From Vicinamibacterales bacterium (GTDB lineage Bacteria; Acidobacteriota; Vicinamibacteria; Vicinamibacterales; CAVVIG01), in contig DASYQZ010000166.1 of assembly GCA_036004865.1 (NCBI GenBank), positions 10,921 to 74,920 on the forward strand: 64,000 bases of DNA, written 5' to 3'. Made by a program: the position numbers and the translations under genes. This document shows, in pieces, positions 35,402 through 46,186 of this stretch. The notes below the pieces were generated by a model. The model had not been told where the DNA came from. It ran no database searches and was given only the letters and a program-made list of their open reading frames with translations. The number at the start of each line of letters is the position of its first letter. Positions within the stretch are counted from its first letter, which is position 1.

Positions 35402-36598
35402 TCAGACTTGCTCGGACTCCGGCAACGCCTTGTAGATCGCCGGCCGGTACAAGCGGAGCTCTTCCAGCTCCTGAGCCGCGTCGAACTGGTTCCAGAAATC
35501 GAAGGTGACGTGCGGCGCCGGCGCGCGCGGACACGCGAGGATCTGGTCGACGAGCCGCAGCAGCGTGCCGGGAAAATCTTTCGCGCGCAGCCGATCGACC
35601 GCCGCAAACTGCCCGTCGACGATCGCGTCCTGCAGCGTTGCATTCGAAATGATGGCGTCCATCAACGACGCGACGTGCATCGGATCCTTGTCGTCGAACA
35701 ACACGCCCGCGCCGTCCATCGTCGACGGCACCGCCGTCGCGGCGTAGGCCAGCACCGGCACCTGCTCGTAAAACGCCTCGACGATGGGGACGCAGAAGCC
35801 TTCGTGCTCGCTCGCGCAGAGGAAGAGATCGGCGACTTCGTAAAAAGCGACGAGCTCTTCGTCCGTCACGTGGCCGGCGAAGTGAACATGTTCGACGCCG
35901 AGCGCGGCCACCAACTGATGGAGCGAAGCGAGATAGCGCTCGAATCCGCTCTGCGCACCGACGATCAGCAGCCGCGACCGCGGATTGAAAAACGTCTGAT
36001 ACGCGTGGAAGAAGCGGATGACGTCCTCGATCTTCTTGTTGGCGATCACCCGGCCGACGAACATCACGTTGGTCCAGTCGTCGTCGAAGTCGCGCACGAC
36101 CATCCGGTTCGGACAGCGATCGAGATGCGAGAAGTCGGGCACGACCGGCAGCACAGCCGTCCGCGGAAAGCCGAGTGCTTCGAGGTCCTGCCGGTTGAAT
36201 TCCGAGTCGCCCATCGCGAGGTCGCACCGATCGGCGTAGGCCTGGAGCTCGCGGCGTCCTCGAAAGCACTGGCGCGCGAGCGTCCGGTGCACGCCGACGA
36301 AGTATTCCGGCGGCGTGATGTTGTGATAGATGAGCGCCATGCGATCGGGCAGCGCGAAGGCCGTTCGAGACGCCTTCGAGCCGAGCGAGAAGTGATGCAG
36401 CAGCAGATTGTCGCGGCGGCTGAAGTCGACCAGCTCGCGATAATCGCGCGTCAGCGGCTCGAGGCGGTAATCGGCGGTCTCGACGAAAATTTCGGATTCA
36501 TATCCGGCGCCTCTGAGCACACGCTGAATCCCGAGCACCTCGTGGCCGATCGCGTCGCCGTACCCCAGCGTCGCGAGGACCTGGTGAATCCTGATCAA
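35402..36598 (-). CDS. Glycosyltransferase family 4
   Basis: TTG start overlapping the upstream TGA, GGAGG RBS; 'GDAIG', 'YHNITP', 'FVGRVIANK', 'SEHEGFCVPIVEA'. Confidence 0.88.
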   Translation of the reverse strand: MIRIHQVLATLGYGDAIGHEVLGIQRVLRGAGYESEIFVETADYRLEPLTRDYRELVDFSRRDNLLLHHFSLGSKASRTAFALPDRMALIYHNITPPEYFVGVHRTLARQCFRGRRELQAYADRCDLAMGDSEFNRQDLEALGFPRTAVLPVVPDFSHLDRCPNRMVVRDFDDDWTNVMFVGRVIANKKIEDVIRFFHAYQTFFNPRSRLLIVGAQSGFERYLASLHQLVAALGVEHVHFAGHVTDEELVAFYEVADLFLCASEHEGFCVPIVEAFYEQVPVLAYAATAVPSTMDGAGVLFDDKDPMHVASLMDAIISNATLQDAIVDGQFAAVDRLRAKDFPGTLLRLVDQILACPRAPAPHVTFDFWNQFDAAQELEELRLYRPAIYKALPESEQV

Positions 36599-38022
36599 GC
36601 CCGCCTCCGGCCCCGCCCTGAGCTTGTCGAAGGGCCCGGCCCTGAGCGTGCCGAAGGGCCCCGCGCTGAGCTCGAGCTCGTCGGGCCCTGCCCCGAGCTC
36701 GTCGACGGACCTCCCGGTTCGGCAGGGACCGGCCTTGTTCCGGCGAGCGCCGGCCCGCCCGGTAGCTTCCCGAGCACGTCCTCGGCAGCCGGCAAATCCT
36801 GGCGTCGTCTGTCGAACCAGCCAGGCAGCGGATCCACCGGACGCGGCGGCGGGTCGCGTTTCAACCGGTCGAACATGTCGAGGTACTTCCGTTCGATCAC
36901 GGGCCAGTCGTAATGCTCGCGGAAGAACTGGCGGCCGTTGCGGCCGAGCGCGCCCATCAGCCACCGGTTCTGCTCGATCGCATGGAGCGTCTCGTGGAAC
37001 TCTGCGTAGCTCTCGTAGTAGAGGCCGGCGTTGCTGCGGATGCACTGCCCCTTCAGTACGTCGCACTTGCCGTTGGCGAGCACCGGCTTGCCGAGCGCCC
37101 ACGCTTCGAGCGTCACCATCGACAAGCTCTCGAAGTACGACGGCATGATCAGCAGATCCGCGGCGGCCATCGCGTCGAATTTGTCGGCGTCGTCCACGAA
37201 TCCGAGATGGCGAATGCGGAGATGATCCGGAATCGGCAGCAGCTCCTTGCCGATGAGGACGAGCGTCAGCTTGCCGGACGGATCGCGCAGGTAACCCTTG
37301 AAGAACTCGAACAGTTCCTTGCAGCCCTTGTTCTGATCGATCCGCCCGACGTAGACCGCGAACGGTCCGCGGACGTTGTACTTCTGACGGAAGCGGACAG
37401 GCTGAGGATTCTGCGGCACTTCCGATCCGATGCCGACGACGACGCCGGGGACGTTCTGGTTGGCGGAGACCGCGTTGATCATCGCGCGTTCTTCGGGCGA
37501 GTTGTACATGAGCGCGCGAACGGACCGGAACAGCGGAGGAAAAATCGAGAGCCCGATCGCCGCATCCCGCTCGGCCGTCGGCACCAGAATCGCGCGCGCG
37601 GCGGCCGCGCGCGCGCCGTGGTACGCGTGGTAGTACCGGTAGCTGAAAAACAGACAGAAGTCGTACTCGGCGGCGTGGTTGCCGACGTAGTCCACGAGGG
37701 CCGGACAGGTCGGGCCCTCGGCATCCAGCCAGTCCAGCTCGTCGCCGAGCGAATGCCGATGCTCGAACACGCGATGCGATCGGCGGCCGAAGACGCGCTC
37801 GTCGCGCTCGCGTTTGACGCGGAACCGGCGTACCGGAACGCCGTTCACCTGCTCGACGCCCGCCTCGAGCTCGTTCCGCCATGTCACGTAGTCGGTGGCG
37901 CAGGTGGTCAGCACCTCCACCTGCCCATGTCTGGCGAGATGCTCGGCGATGTAGCGCGCGTGCAACTCCGCGCCACCGTTGATCGCCTGGCCGTACCGCT
38001 GTACGACGACCGCGATCTTCAC
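36595..38022 (-). CDS. Glycosyltransferase family 4 with repeat-derived C-terminal tail
   Basis: 'VQRYGQAINGGAE', 'YVGRIDQNKG', 'PSYFESLSMVTLEA'. Confidence 0.9.
   Translation of the reverse strand: MKIAVVVQRYGQAINGGAELHARYIAEHLARHGQVEVLTTCATDYVTWRNELEAGVEQVNGVPVRRFRVKRERDERVFGRRSHRVFEHRHSLGDELDWLDAEGPTCPALVDYVGNHAAEYDFCLFFSYRYYHAYHGARAAAARAILVPTAERDAAIGLSIFPPLFRSVRALMYNSPEERAMINAVSANQNVPGVVVGIGSEVPQNPQPVRFRQKYNVRGPFAVYVGRIDQNKGCKELFEFFKGYLRDPSGKLTLVLIGKELLPIPDHLRIRHLGFVDDADKFDAMAAADLLIMPSYFESLSMVTLEAWALGKPVLANGKCDVLKGQCIRSNAGLYYESYAEFHETLHAIEQNRWLMGALGRNGRQFFREHYDWPVIERKYLDMFDRLKRDPPPRPVDPLPGWFDRRRQDLPAAEDVLGKLPGGPALAGTRPVPAEPGGPSTSSGQGPTSSSSARGPSARSGPGPSTSSGRGRRRA
36615..36708. repeat. Cluster of four REP-like GCCCTGAGCTTGTCGAAGGG units
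   Basis: GCCCTGAGCTTGTCGAAGGG (36615), GCCCTGAGCGTGCCGAAGGG (36639), degenerate copies at 36663 and 36690. Confidence 0.85.
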
Positions 38023-39020
38023 TGCGTGTCGGGGTCGGTCTTGGACGGACCTTGCCCTGTGTCTCCGTCGGACGGATGAGCGACCGGCTCGGACGGATGC
38101 GCGGCGGCGCCGCTGAACTGCGCGAGATCTTCGGTCGCGGTGCCGTTCGTGTCCGGGCTTTCGTCGGCGGTGTCGCGATCGTCGGATCCGGATTCGTCGG
38201 GCGCGCCGGGCTGCGGCTGCGCGGTCGAGGGCTGGCCGCCCATGATCGCCGCCGCCGGGCCGCCGCTGCGCCGGCCGCGGCGTCTGCGACGGCGCCGGCT
38301 TCGCTGACCGGGACCTTCCTGAGTCTGCGCTCCCGCCGTCGGCCCTTGCGGCGGCGGTGGTGCCGGCGCCGGTCGCGCTGCAGGAATCGAAACCGGTGTC
38401 GGCGCCGGACGTGGAGATACCGGCGCCTCACGCTCGTCCGCCTTGTAGACGACGACGCTTTCCAGCGCGCGCGCGCGGCGTTCGTTGAATTCCAGGCGGC
38501 TCGCCAGCGACTCGGCGCGCATCTTCAGGTTCTTTGCTTCGATGCCGAGCCTGGTCGTTTCGACCACGAGGTTGTGAATGAGCTCGTACGTCAACTGATC
38601 GCTGGCGCGCCGTGCTGCTTCACGGCGCGCTTCCCGTTCCGCGTACATCGTGTTCAGCCGCGCTTGAATGTGCAGCGCCTGAACGAGCTTGTTCGGATTG
38701 AAGAACAGCTTCAACAGCGGGTTGAGCAGCTTGCGGATGAAGCGCAGCAGTCCGCGATGCGTTTCGTAGAGCGTCCCTTCCTCGAACTCGTAGTTGGGCA
38801 GCTCCGGCGGCTCGTACGCTGGTTGGACTTTTCGATACTGTTCGAGCAGATCGGAGCGCACGCCTTTCGGATCGAGGAACTTCTCGAGCTTCACGGCGGC
38901 GAGGTCGCGAATCTGCTGTTCGGTGTAGTCGACGCCGCGTTTCTCACGGATGCGGGCGCGGATCTGCTCCATGATCTGCTCGACGTTCACCGAATCGGAG
39001 CGGACGTTGAAATCGGGCAT
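38019..39020 (-). CDS. Hypothetical coiled-coil protein with Arg-rich and acidic disordered tail
   Basis: 'VNVEQIMEQIRARIREK', amphipathic 'GLLRFIRKLLNPLLK', heptad region, RRRRRRRGRR; ATGA-coupled to the next GT gene. Confidence 0.75.
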   Translation of the reverse strand: MPDFNVRSDSVNVEQIMEQIRARIREKRGVDYTEQQIRDLAAVKLEKFLDPKGVRSDLLEQYRKVQPAYEPPELPNYEFEEGTLYETHRGLLRFIRKLLNPLLKLFFNPNKLVQALHIQARLNTMYAEREARREAARRASDQLTYELIHNLVVETTRLGIEAKNLKMRAESLASRLEFNERRARALESVVVYKADEREAPVSPRPAPTPVSIPAARPAPAPPPPQGPTAGAQTQEGPGQRSRRRRRRRGRRSGGPAAAIMGGQPSTAQPQPGAPDESGSDDRDTADESPDTNGTATEDLAQFSGAAAHPSEPVAHPSDGDTGQGPSKTDPDTQ

Positions 39021-39046
39021 AAACGCTGTCAGCTCTCGGCTCTCAG

Positions 39047-39991
39047 CTATCTGGGCCAGTAGATAATCACCGCGACCGCGAGCGCCCACAGCGCCACGCA
39101 GACGAGCAGCGGGCGATCGCCGAGCAGCAAGTCGGAGGGGTTGCCGCCGCCCTCGCGCCGGTGCACGAGGTACAGATAGCGAAAGATGCCATACAACGGA
39201 AAGGGAATGGTCAGCTCGAGCCAGGGCGTGCCGAATTTCGCCTGAGTCTCGGGACTGATCGTGTAGAACACGTACGAAATCAGCGTCGATGCCGTGGCGA
39301 CTGCGATCATCTGGTCGAGCAGATACGGGCTGTACTCGCCGAGGATCCGCCGATGGCTTGCCGCGTTGCTCGCGAGCAGTGTGAGCTCGTGCCGGCGTTT
39401 GTTGAGGACGATGAACAGCGCCAGCAGAATCGTGCAGACGAGCAACCAGTGGCTCGATTCGACGTCGACGGCGACGGCGCCCGCCACGGCGCGCAGCACG
39501 AACCCGATCGCCACCGTCAGCACGTCGACGATCACGATGTGCTTCAACACGCTCGAATAGAGCGCCTGAAGTCCGAGGTACGAGGCGGCGACGATCGCGA
39601 ATCCGCGGCCAAGCGCGAGCGATCCCGCGATGCCGGCCGCGCCGATGACGATGGCCGACACCGTGGCGGCGTGAACGCTGAGCGCCCCCGAGGCAATAGG
39701 CCGCGTCGCCTTGAGCGGATGCCGCCGATCGCTCTCGCGATCCAGGATGTCGTTCACGAGATAGACGGCGCCGGACAACGCGCAGAAGATCACGAACGCG
39801 GCAAGCGCGCGGAGAACGGCCCATGACTCGAACAACCGCAAGCCGAACAGCAGTCCGTGGAAGACCATGAGATTCTTGGTCCATTGGACCGGCCGCAGCG
39901 CGTTGATGAGGTTGAGAGCAAAGGGCCTTCCCGACACTCCGCTGACCGGAGTATCGGGAACCGCCACAGAGGAAGAAGTACTGCGCGCCAT
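39047..39991 (-). CDS. UbiA family decaprenyl-phosphate phosphoribosyltransferase-like protein
   Basis: 'RPVQWTKNL', 'YLVNDILDRESDRRHPLK..RPIASG', 'KRRHEL', 'YGIFRYLY', multiple TM. Confidence 0.85.
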   Translation of the reverse strand: MARSTSSSVAVPDTPVSGVSGRPFALNLINALRPVQWTKNLMVFHGLLFGLRLFESWAVLRALAAFVIFCALSGAVYLVNDILDRESDRRHPLKATRPIASGALSVHAATVSAIVIGAAGIAGSLALGRGFAIVAASYLGLQALYSSVLKHIVIVDVLTVAIGFVLRAVAGAVAVDVESSHWLLVCTILLALFIVLNKRRHELTLLASNAASHRRILGEYSPYLLDQMIAVATASTLISYVFYTISPETQAKFGTPWLELTIPFPLYGIFRYLYLVHRREGGGNPSDLLLGDRPLLVCVALWALAVAVIIYWPR

Positions 39992-40008
39992 CGAGCGCGG
40001 AAGACGAG

Positions 40009-40362
40009 CTAGACCTTGGCCGATGTTGCGAAGCTCCGGACCGCCTCGTTCTCAGCGTCGTAGGTTTCGAACACGGTCAGCAGCTTCGTAATCGAGAGCA
40101 GGTCCGTGATGCGTTTGGTCAGGTTCAACAATTTGAGACTGCCGCCCTGGCGGCTCACGGTCGTATACGTCCGAACGATTTCACCGAGGCCGGCGCTGTC
40201 GATGTACGGCACGTCGGCGAGATTGAGGACGATCTTTTTCTGCCCCTGATTGATCAGGCTGTTGACCTTGTCCTTGAGCAGTTCGTCCCCTTCCCCCAGC
40301 GTGATCTTGCCTTTGAGGTCAAGAACCATGACGTCACCGACCGACCGTTCCTCGATCTGCAT
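40009..40362 (-). CDS. STAS-domain anti-sigma factor antagonist
   Basis: 'LNLADVPYIDSAGLG' phosphoserine motif. Confidence 0.9.
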   Translation of the reverse strand: MQIEERSVGDVMVLDLKGKITLGEGDELLKDKVNSLINQGQKKIVLNLADVPYIDSAGLGEIVRTYTTVSRQGGSLKLLNLTKRITDLLSITKLLTVFETYDAENEAVRSFATSAKV

Positions 40363-40408
40363 GGAAACGCTCCAGATAAATGCGATGCGACGGGTGTGAG
40401 CTTAGCAC

Positions 40409-40478
40409 CCGCCTCCGCCGAGATGCAACGCAAACAGCTTCGGCGCGGCTCGCCGAAGCGCCTCCGGCGCGAAGGCGG
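40409..40478. repeat. Intergenic palindromic element (GCTTCGGCG…CGCCGAAGC…GAAGGCGG family)
   Basis: Nested inverted repeats; a related copy lies in frame at 33407-33459. Confidence 0.6.
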
Positions 40479-40549
40479 CACCCGGCGCACGACCGATGAG
40501 ACCACGCGGAGTGTGATCCTTGAATCGACCGAGAGCGAGATTCGGCTGG

Positions 40550-40858
40550 CTAGACGCCGCCGGCCCCGGCGAATTTCCGGGACTGGAAGCATTCCTTGCA
40601 GAACACGGGGCGCCCCTGGGTCGGCTTGAAGGGCACCGTCGTCTCCTTGCCGCAGGCCGAACACGTGGTCACGGTTTCCACCCGTTCACGGGCGACGCCG
40701 GCGCCTGCGGGGCGCGCCGCCCGCTTACTCTTGCAGGCCTTGCACCGTTTGGGCTCGTTCTTGAAGTTCTTGTCGGCGAAGAATTGCTGTTCTCCGGCCG
40801 TCCAGATGAACTCCGTGCTGCAATCCACGCACCTGAGGATCCTGTCTTGGAACTCCAT
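40550..40858 (-). CDS. Zinc-ribbon / CxxC-x17-CxxC domain protein
   Basis: 'DRILRCVDC..EF.WTAGEQ.FF..K.F.NEPKRCKAC' and 'CSACG….VPFKP..GRPVFCKEC'. Confidence 0.88.
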   Translation of the reverse strand: MEFQDRILRCVDCSTEFIWTAGEQQFFADKNFKNEPKRCKACKSKRAARPAGAGVARERVETVTTCSACGKETTVPFKPTQGRPVFCKECFQSRKFAGAGGV

Positions 40859-40904
40859 CGGTCGCCACCTCGTCGGGGTCGCTCTGTCCTTAACTTCCGG
40901 GGGA

Positions 40905-41102
40905 TTACTCCAACTCGCGCCGGAGCTTCTTGCGATTGCGCTTTCGCGCGAGTGCTTGCTTGGCCCGTCGTTTGTCACCCGGCTTCAGATAGAAGGAGTG
41001 TTTCTTGATGTCTTTGATGATGTCTTCCTGCTGAACCTTACGCTTGAACCGCCGGAGGGCACTTTCAATCGATTCGCCCTCCTGGATCTTGACTTCAGCC
41101 AC
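40905..41102 (-). CDS. rpsU: 30S ribosomal protein S21
   Basis: 'EGESIESALRRFKRKV…FYLKPG'. Confidence 0.93.
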   Translation of the reverse strand: MAEVKIQEGESIESALRRFKRKVQQEDIIKDIKKHSFYLKPGDKRRAKQALARKRNRKKLRRELE

Positions 41103-41159
41103 GCCCTAACACCCCCTTATTGGCGACGACAAATATGCTAGGCTATCACGGCAGCGCGG

Positions 41160-41189
41160 ATTCTAGGCGCATTCTCAATTCAAGGTCAA
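41160..41189 (-). promoter_or_regulatory. Putative sigma70 promoter for rpsU
   Basis: Minus strand TTGACC-18 nt-TAGAAT. Confidence 0.55.
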
Positions 41190-41253
41190 CGAAATAGTCC
41201 CGATCGCGCTGTAAGCTGTGCAGCCCGGTCCCACGCCCTAAGTCACTCTCATA

Positions 41254-42552
41254 ATGCGGGTTCTTGTCATCGGGTCCGGCGCGCGCGAGCACGCGCTTGT
41301 CGCCCGTTTGACGACAGAGCGCGACGTCGGCGAGGTGCTGTGCGCGCCCGGAAATCCGGGGATCGGGCGCATCGCCAGGAGAGTCGCTCTCGATGCGACG
41401 AACATCGATGCGTTGCTTGCGCTCGCCGAGCGCGAGGCGATCGATCTCACCGTCGTGGGCCCGGAACTTCCGTTGAGCCTCGGGATTGCCGATCGGTTCA
41501 CGGCCGAGGGCCGCCTGCTGGTTGGACCAAGCGCGGCCGCCGCACGGCTCGAGACGAGCAAGGCCTTTGCGAAGGCCTTCATGGCGCGCCATCACGTGCC
41601 GACGGCGCGCTTCCGCACGTGCGAATCCGAAGACGAAGCGCTTGCTGTCGTGCGATCGCAGGAGTTCGGCTTCCCGGTCGTGCTCAAAGCCGACGGCCTC
41701 GCCGCCGGCAAGGGCGTCGTCGTCGCCGGGAACCTTGCGGATGCGGAGTCGGCGGTCGTCGCCGCCATGCGCGAGCGGAGATTTGGCGGCGCGGGCGATC
41801 GGCTGGTCATCGAAGAACGTCTCGTTGGCCCTGAAGTGTCGTGCTTCGCGATCAGCGATGGCACCAACGTGGTACCCATCGGGACAGCGCAAGATCACAA
41901 ACGAATCTTCGATGACGATCGCGGACCGAACACCGGCGGGATGGGGGCGTTCGCGCCGAGCCCGCTCGTCGACGACATGCTCGGTGCGCGCATCATGCGG
42001 GAGATCGTCGAACCGGTCATTCAAGGGATTGCCGCCGAAGGCCAACCCTTTTGCGGATTCCTTTATGTGGGCCTGATGCTGACGACCGACGGTCCCAAGG
42101 TCATCGAGTTCAACGTGCGGCTCGGCGATCCCGAAGCGCAGGTCGTTCTGCCGCTCATCGACGAACCGCTGCTCCCGATTCTGTTTGCGGCGGCGACCGG
42201 CTCGCTCGCGAGATCGTCCATACGCATCGGGTCCGATCGCCTCAGCGGCCTCGTCATGGCGTCGCGCGGTTATCCGGAGTCGTCCGAGCCGGGACAGCCA
42301 ATCGACGGCATCGATCGGGCGGAAGCGATTCCGGGCGTCGCGGTCTATCACGCCGGCACGGCGATGCGCGACGGACGGCTCGTCACGGCGGGCGGCCGCG
42401 TGCTCACGGTCGTCGGCCGGGGGCACGGCTTCGCCGAGGCGATCGTGCGTTCGTATGTGGCCGCGATGCAGATCTTCTTCGACGGGGTGCAGTACCGGAG
42501 TGATATCGGGAGAAAGGCGCTCGTTGCCGAAAGCGGGGCCGCCACCTCGTGA
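41254..42552 (+). CDS. purD: Phosphoribosylamine--glycine ligase
   Basis: 'GSGAREHAL', 'KADGLAAGKGV', 'QDHKR..D.D.GPNTGGMG', 'EFNVRLGDPE'. Confidence 0.95.
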   Translation: MRVLVIGSGAREHALVARLTTERDVGEVLCAPGNPGIGRIARRVALDATNIDALLALAEREAIDLTVVGPELPLSLGIADRFTAEGRLLVGPSAAAARLETSKAFAKAFMARHHVPTARFRTCESEDEALAVVRSQEFGFPVVLKADGLAAGKGVVVAGNLADAESAVVAAMRERRFGGAGDRLVIEERLVGPEVSCFAISDGTNVVPIGTAQDHKRIFDDDRGPNTGGMGAFAPSPLVDDMLGARIMREIVEPVIQGIAAEGQPFCGFLYVGLMLTTDGPKVIEFNVRLGDPEAQVVLPLIDEPLLPILFAAATGSLARSSIRIGSDRLSGLVMASRGYPESSEPGQPIDGIDRAEAIPGVAVYHAGTAMRDGRLVTAGGRVLTVVGRGHGFAEAIVRSYVAAMQIFFDGVQYRSDIGRKALVAESGAATS

Positions 42553-43766
42553 AATACTCCGTGATCACGTTCGGCTGTCGCGTCAATCAAGCCGACTCGC
42601 TCGGCTTCGAGGAAGAGCTGCGAGCGGCAGGCGCCATCGCCGCGCCGCCGGAGTCCGCCGATCTCGTCGTCGTCAACACCTGCTCGGTGACGGCGACGTC
42701 CGATCAGGGGGCGCGCCAGACCATCCGGCGCGTCGCGCGCGACAATCCGTCCGCACGCATCGTCGTCACTGGCTGCTACGCGACGCGGCGGCCCTTCGAA
42801 GTCGAGAGCCTGCCCAACGTCGTCCGCGTCGTGGCGAACGACGACAAGCCGCGTTTGATCCCTCTCGTGCGGCCGCACCTCACGACGGCCGAGCGCTTTG
42901 GCGATGGGGATGGCGTATGCGGGGCTCGACTCGAGCCGGGCGTCGCGGGACGAACGGCCTTCACGCTTCGCGTGCAGACCGGCTGCGCCGAACCTTGTTC
43001 CTACTGCATCATCCCGAGCACTCGGGGCGCGCCGCGGAGCGTGCCGCCGGGAGAGGTCCTTCGCGAGGTCGAACGCGTGGCCGCGGCCGGATTCAAGGAA
43101 ATCGCACTCACCGGCGTCCACCTCGGCTCCTACGGCCGCGACTTGTCGCCGCGCGTGACGCTCGTCGATCTGCTGAACGCGCTCGACACAGGCGATCGTT
43201 TCTTCCGCATCAGCTCGCTCGAACCGATGGACTGCTCGCGCGACATCGTCGATCTCGTCGGGGTCTCCGATCGGTTCGCGCCGCACTTTCATCTGCCGCT
43301 GCAACACGCGAGCAACCGTGTGCTCGCGGCGATGCGACGGCCCTATACGATCGAGTACTACGACTCGCTCGTCGCCGACATCCGTGCGCGCGTGCCGCAC
43401 GCGTCGATCGGCAGCGACATCATCGTCGGGTTTCCCGGTGAAACCGGCGATGACTTCGACCAATTGGCCGCGTATCTCGAGCGCTCGCCGCTGACGCACA
43501 TTCACGTCTTCCCGTATTCCGACCGGCCAGGCACCGTGGCTTCGTCGATGACTGGAAGGGCGCCTGGACCGGTTGTGCGCGAGCGCGCGCGCCGCGTGCG
43601 GGAAATCGGTCAGACGCTGACCAATCGTTTCCGCGATGCTCAGATCGGCACGGTCCACCGGGCGCTGACGCTCGAAGACGGTTCACTGGTGGTGACGGGG
43701 AACTATCTGAAGCTGCGCGTGCCGCCGGTCTATCCGCGCAATCAGTGGGTGCGCGTGCGCGTCACG

Positions 43767-44855
<1,089 letters not shown>

Positions 44856-44914
44856 GGTATCTCTCTCGTTCCCCAGCGCTTAGCGGACCTTCAATGGTAA
44901 CATGATGGTTCATC

Positions 44915-46186
44915 TTGTCGAATGCACCCATCGTCCGAGACGTTCTCGACAACGGTCTCCGCATTCTCAGCGAGCGGATGAATCAAGTCCGCTCGATCAG
45001 TATCGGCGTGTGGCTCACGCGCGGGTCGCGCCACGAAACGGCCGAGCGCGGCGGCATCGCGCACTTCGTCGAGCACATGCTGTTCAAGGGGACCGCCACG
45101 CGCAGCGCCGAGGACATCGCGCAGGCGATCGATTCGATCGGCGGGCAGCTCGACGCGTTCACGGCGAAAGAGTACGCCAGCTATTACATCAAGGTCCTCG
45201 ACGAGCATTTGCCGCTCGCCATCGACATCCTGGCCGACATCGTCCGCAACCCGGCGTTCGGCGTCGAGGACATCGAGCGCGAGAAGAAGGTCGTCGTCGA
45301 AGAGATCAAGATGGTCGAGGACACGCCCGACGACCTCGTCCACGAGCTCTTCACCCAGGGCTTCTGGGAGAACCATCCGCTCGGCCGCCCGATTCTCGGC
45401 ACCAAGGAGACCGTCGAGTCGTTCAACGCCGGCTCGCTTCGCGACTATTTCAGAAATGCCTACACCGCTCGGAACCTCATCGTGTCGGCCGTAGGCAATC
45501 TCGAACACGATCGGGTCGGGGAGCTCGTCGCTGAGAAGTTCGGATCGCTCGAGGCGTCGGGGGAAACCGTCGGCGAAGAGGCGCCGCGAGTCGTGCCGAA
45601 AATTCAGATTCGCAACAAGGAGCTCGAACAGAGCCACCTGTGCCTCGGCGTCGGCAGCTACCCGCAGAATCACGACGATCGGTATTCGAGCTACGTGTTG
45701 AACACGCTGCTCGGCGGCTCCATGAGCTCGCGCCTGTTTCAGAACGTCCGCGAGAAGCGCGGCCTCGCGTATGCGGTCTTCAGCGGGCTGAGCGCCTATC
45801 GCGACGCCGGGTCGTTCACGATCTACGCCGGCTGCGCGAACGAGGCTGTCGGCGAGGTCGTCGACCTGGTCGTCGAGGAATTGCGCGGCGTCAAGAATGC
45901 GCTCGTCCCCGACGCCGAGCTGCAGCGGGCGAAGGATCACCTGAAGGGCAGCCTGATGCTGAGCCTCGAGAACACCGCGAGCCGCATGTCGCACATCGCC
46001 CGGCAGGAAATTTACTTCGACCGGCAGTTCGGGCTGGACGAGACGCTGCTGGGCATCGAGCGCGTGACGTCGGCCGACGTGCAGCGCGTGGCGGCGGATC
46101 TGTTTCAGAACGGCTCGCTCGCGGCGACGGTGCTCGGCAACGTGAACGGATTGCAGATTCCGCGAGAACGTCTCGATCTCGATTAG
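44915..46186 (+). CDS. M16 family (pitrilysin-like) zinc peptidase
   Basis: HFVEH inverted zincin motif, 'SSRLFQNVREKRGLAY'. Confidence 0.92.
   Translation: MSNAPIVRDVLDNGLRILSERMNQVRSISIGVWLTRGSRHETAERGGIAHFVEHMLFKGTATRSAEDIAQAIDSIGGQLDAFTAKEYASYYIKVLDEHLPLAIDILADIVRNPAFGVEDIEREKKVVVEEIKMVEDTPDDLVHELFTQGFWENHPLGRPILGTKETVESFNAGSLRDYFRNAYTARNLIVSAVGNLEHDRVGELVAEKFGSLEASGETVGEEAPRVVPKIQIRNKELEQSHLCLGVGSYPQNHDDRYSSYVLNTLLGGSMSSRLFQNVREKRGLAYAVFSGLSAYRDAGSFTIYAGCANEAVGEVVDLVVEELRGVKNALVPDAELQRAKDHLKGSLMLSLENTASRMSHIARQEIYFDRQFGLDETLLGIERVTSADVQRVAADLFQNGSLAATVLGNVNGLQIPRERLDLD

Noticed and set aside
35402..38431. 1009-aa ORF (and 649-aa ORF 34320-36269) as fused giant glycosyltransferases
   Set aside because: The N-terminal extensions are off-frame overlaps of upstream genes; credible starts are at 36598 and 35393.
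41190..41253. Purine or ZTP riboswitch upstream of purD
   Set aside because: The leader is short and lacks recognisable conserved motifs.
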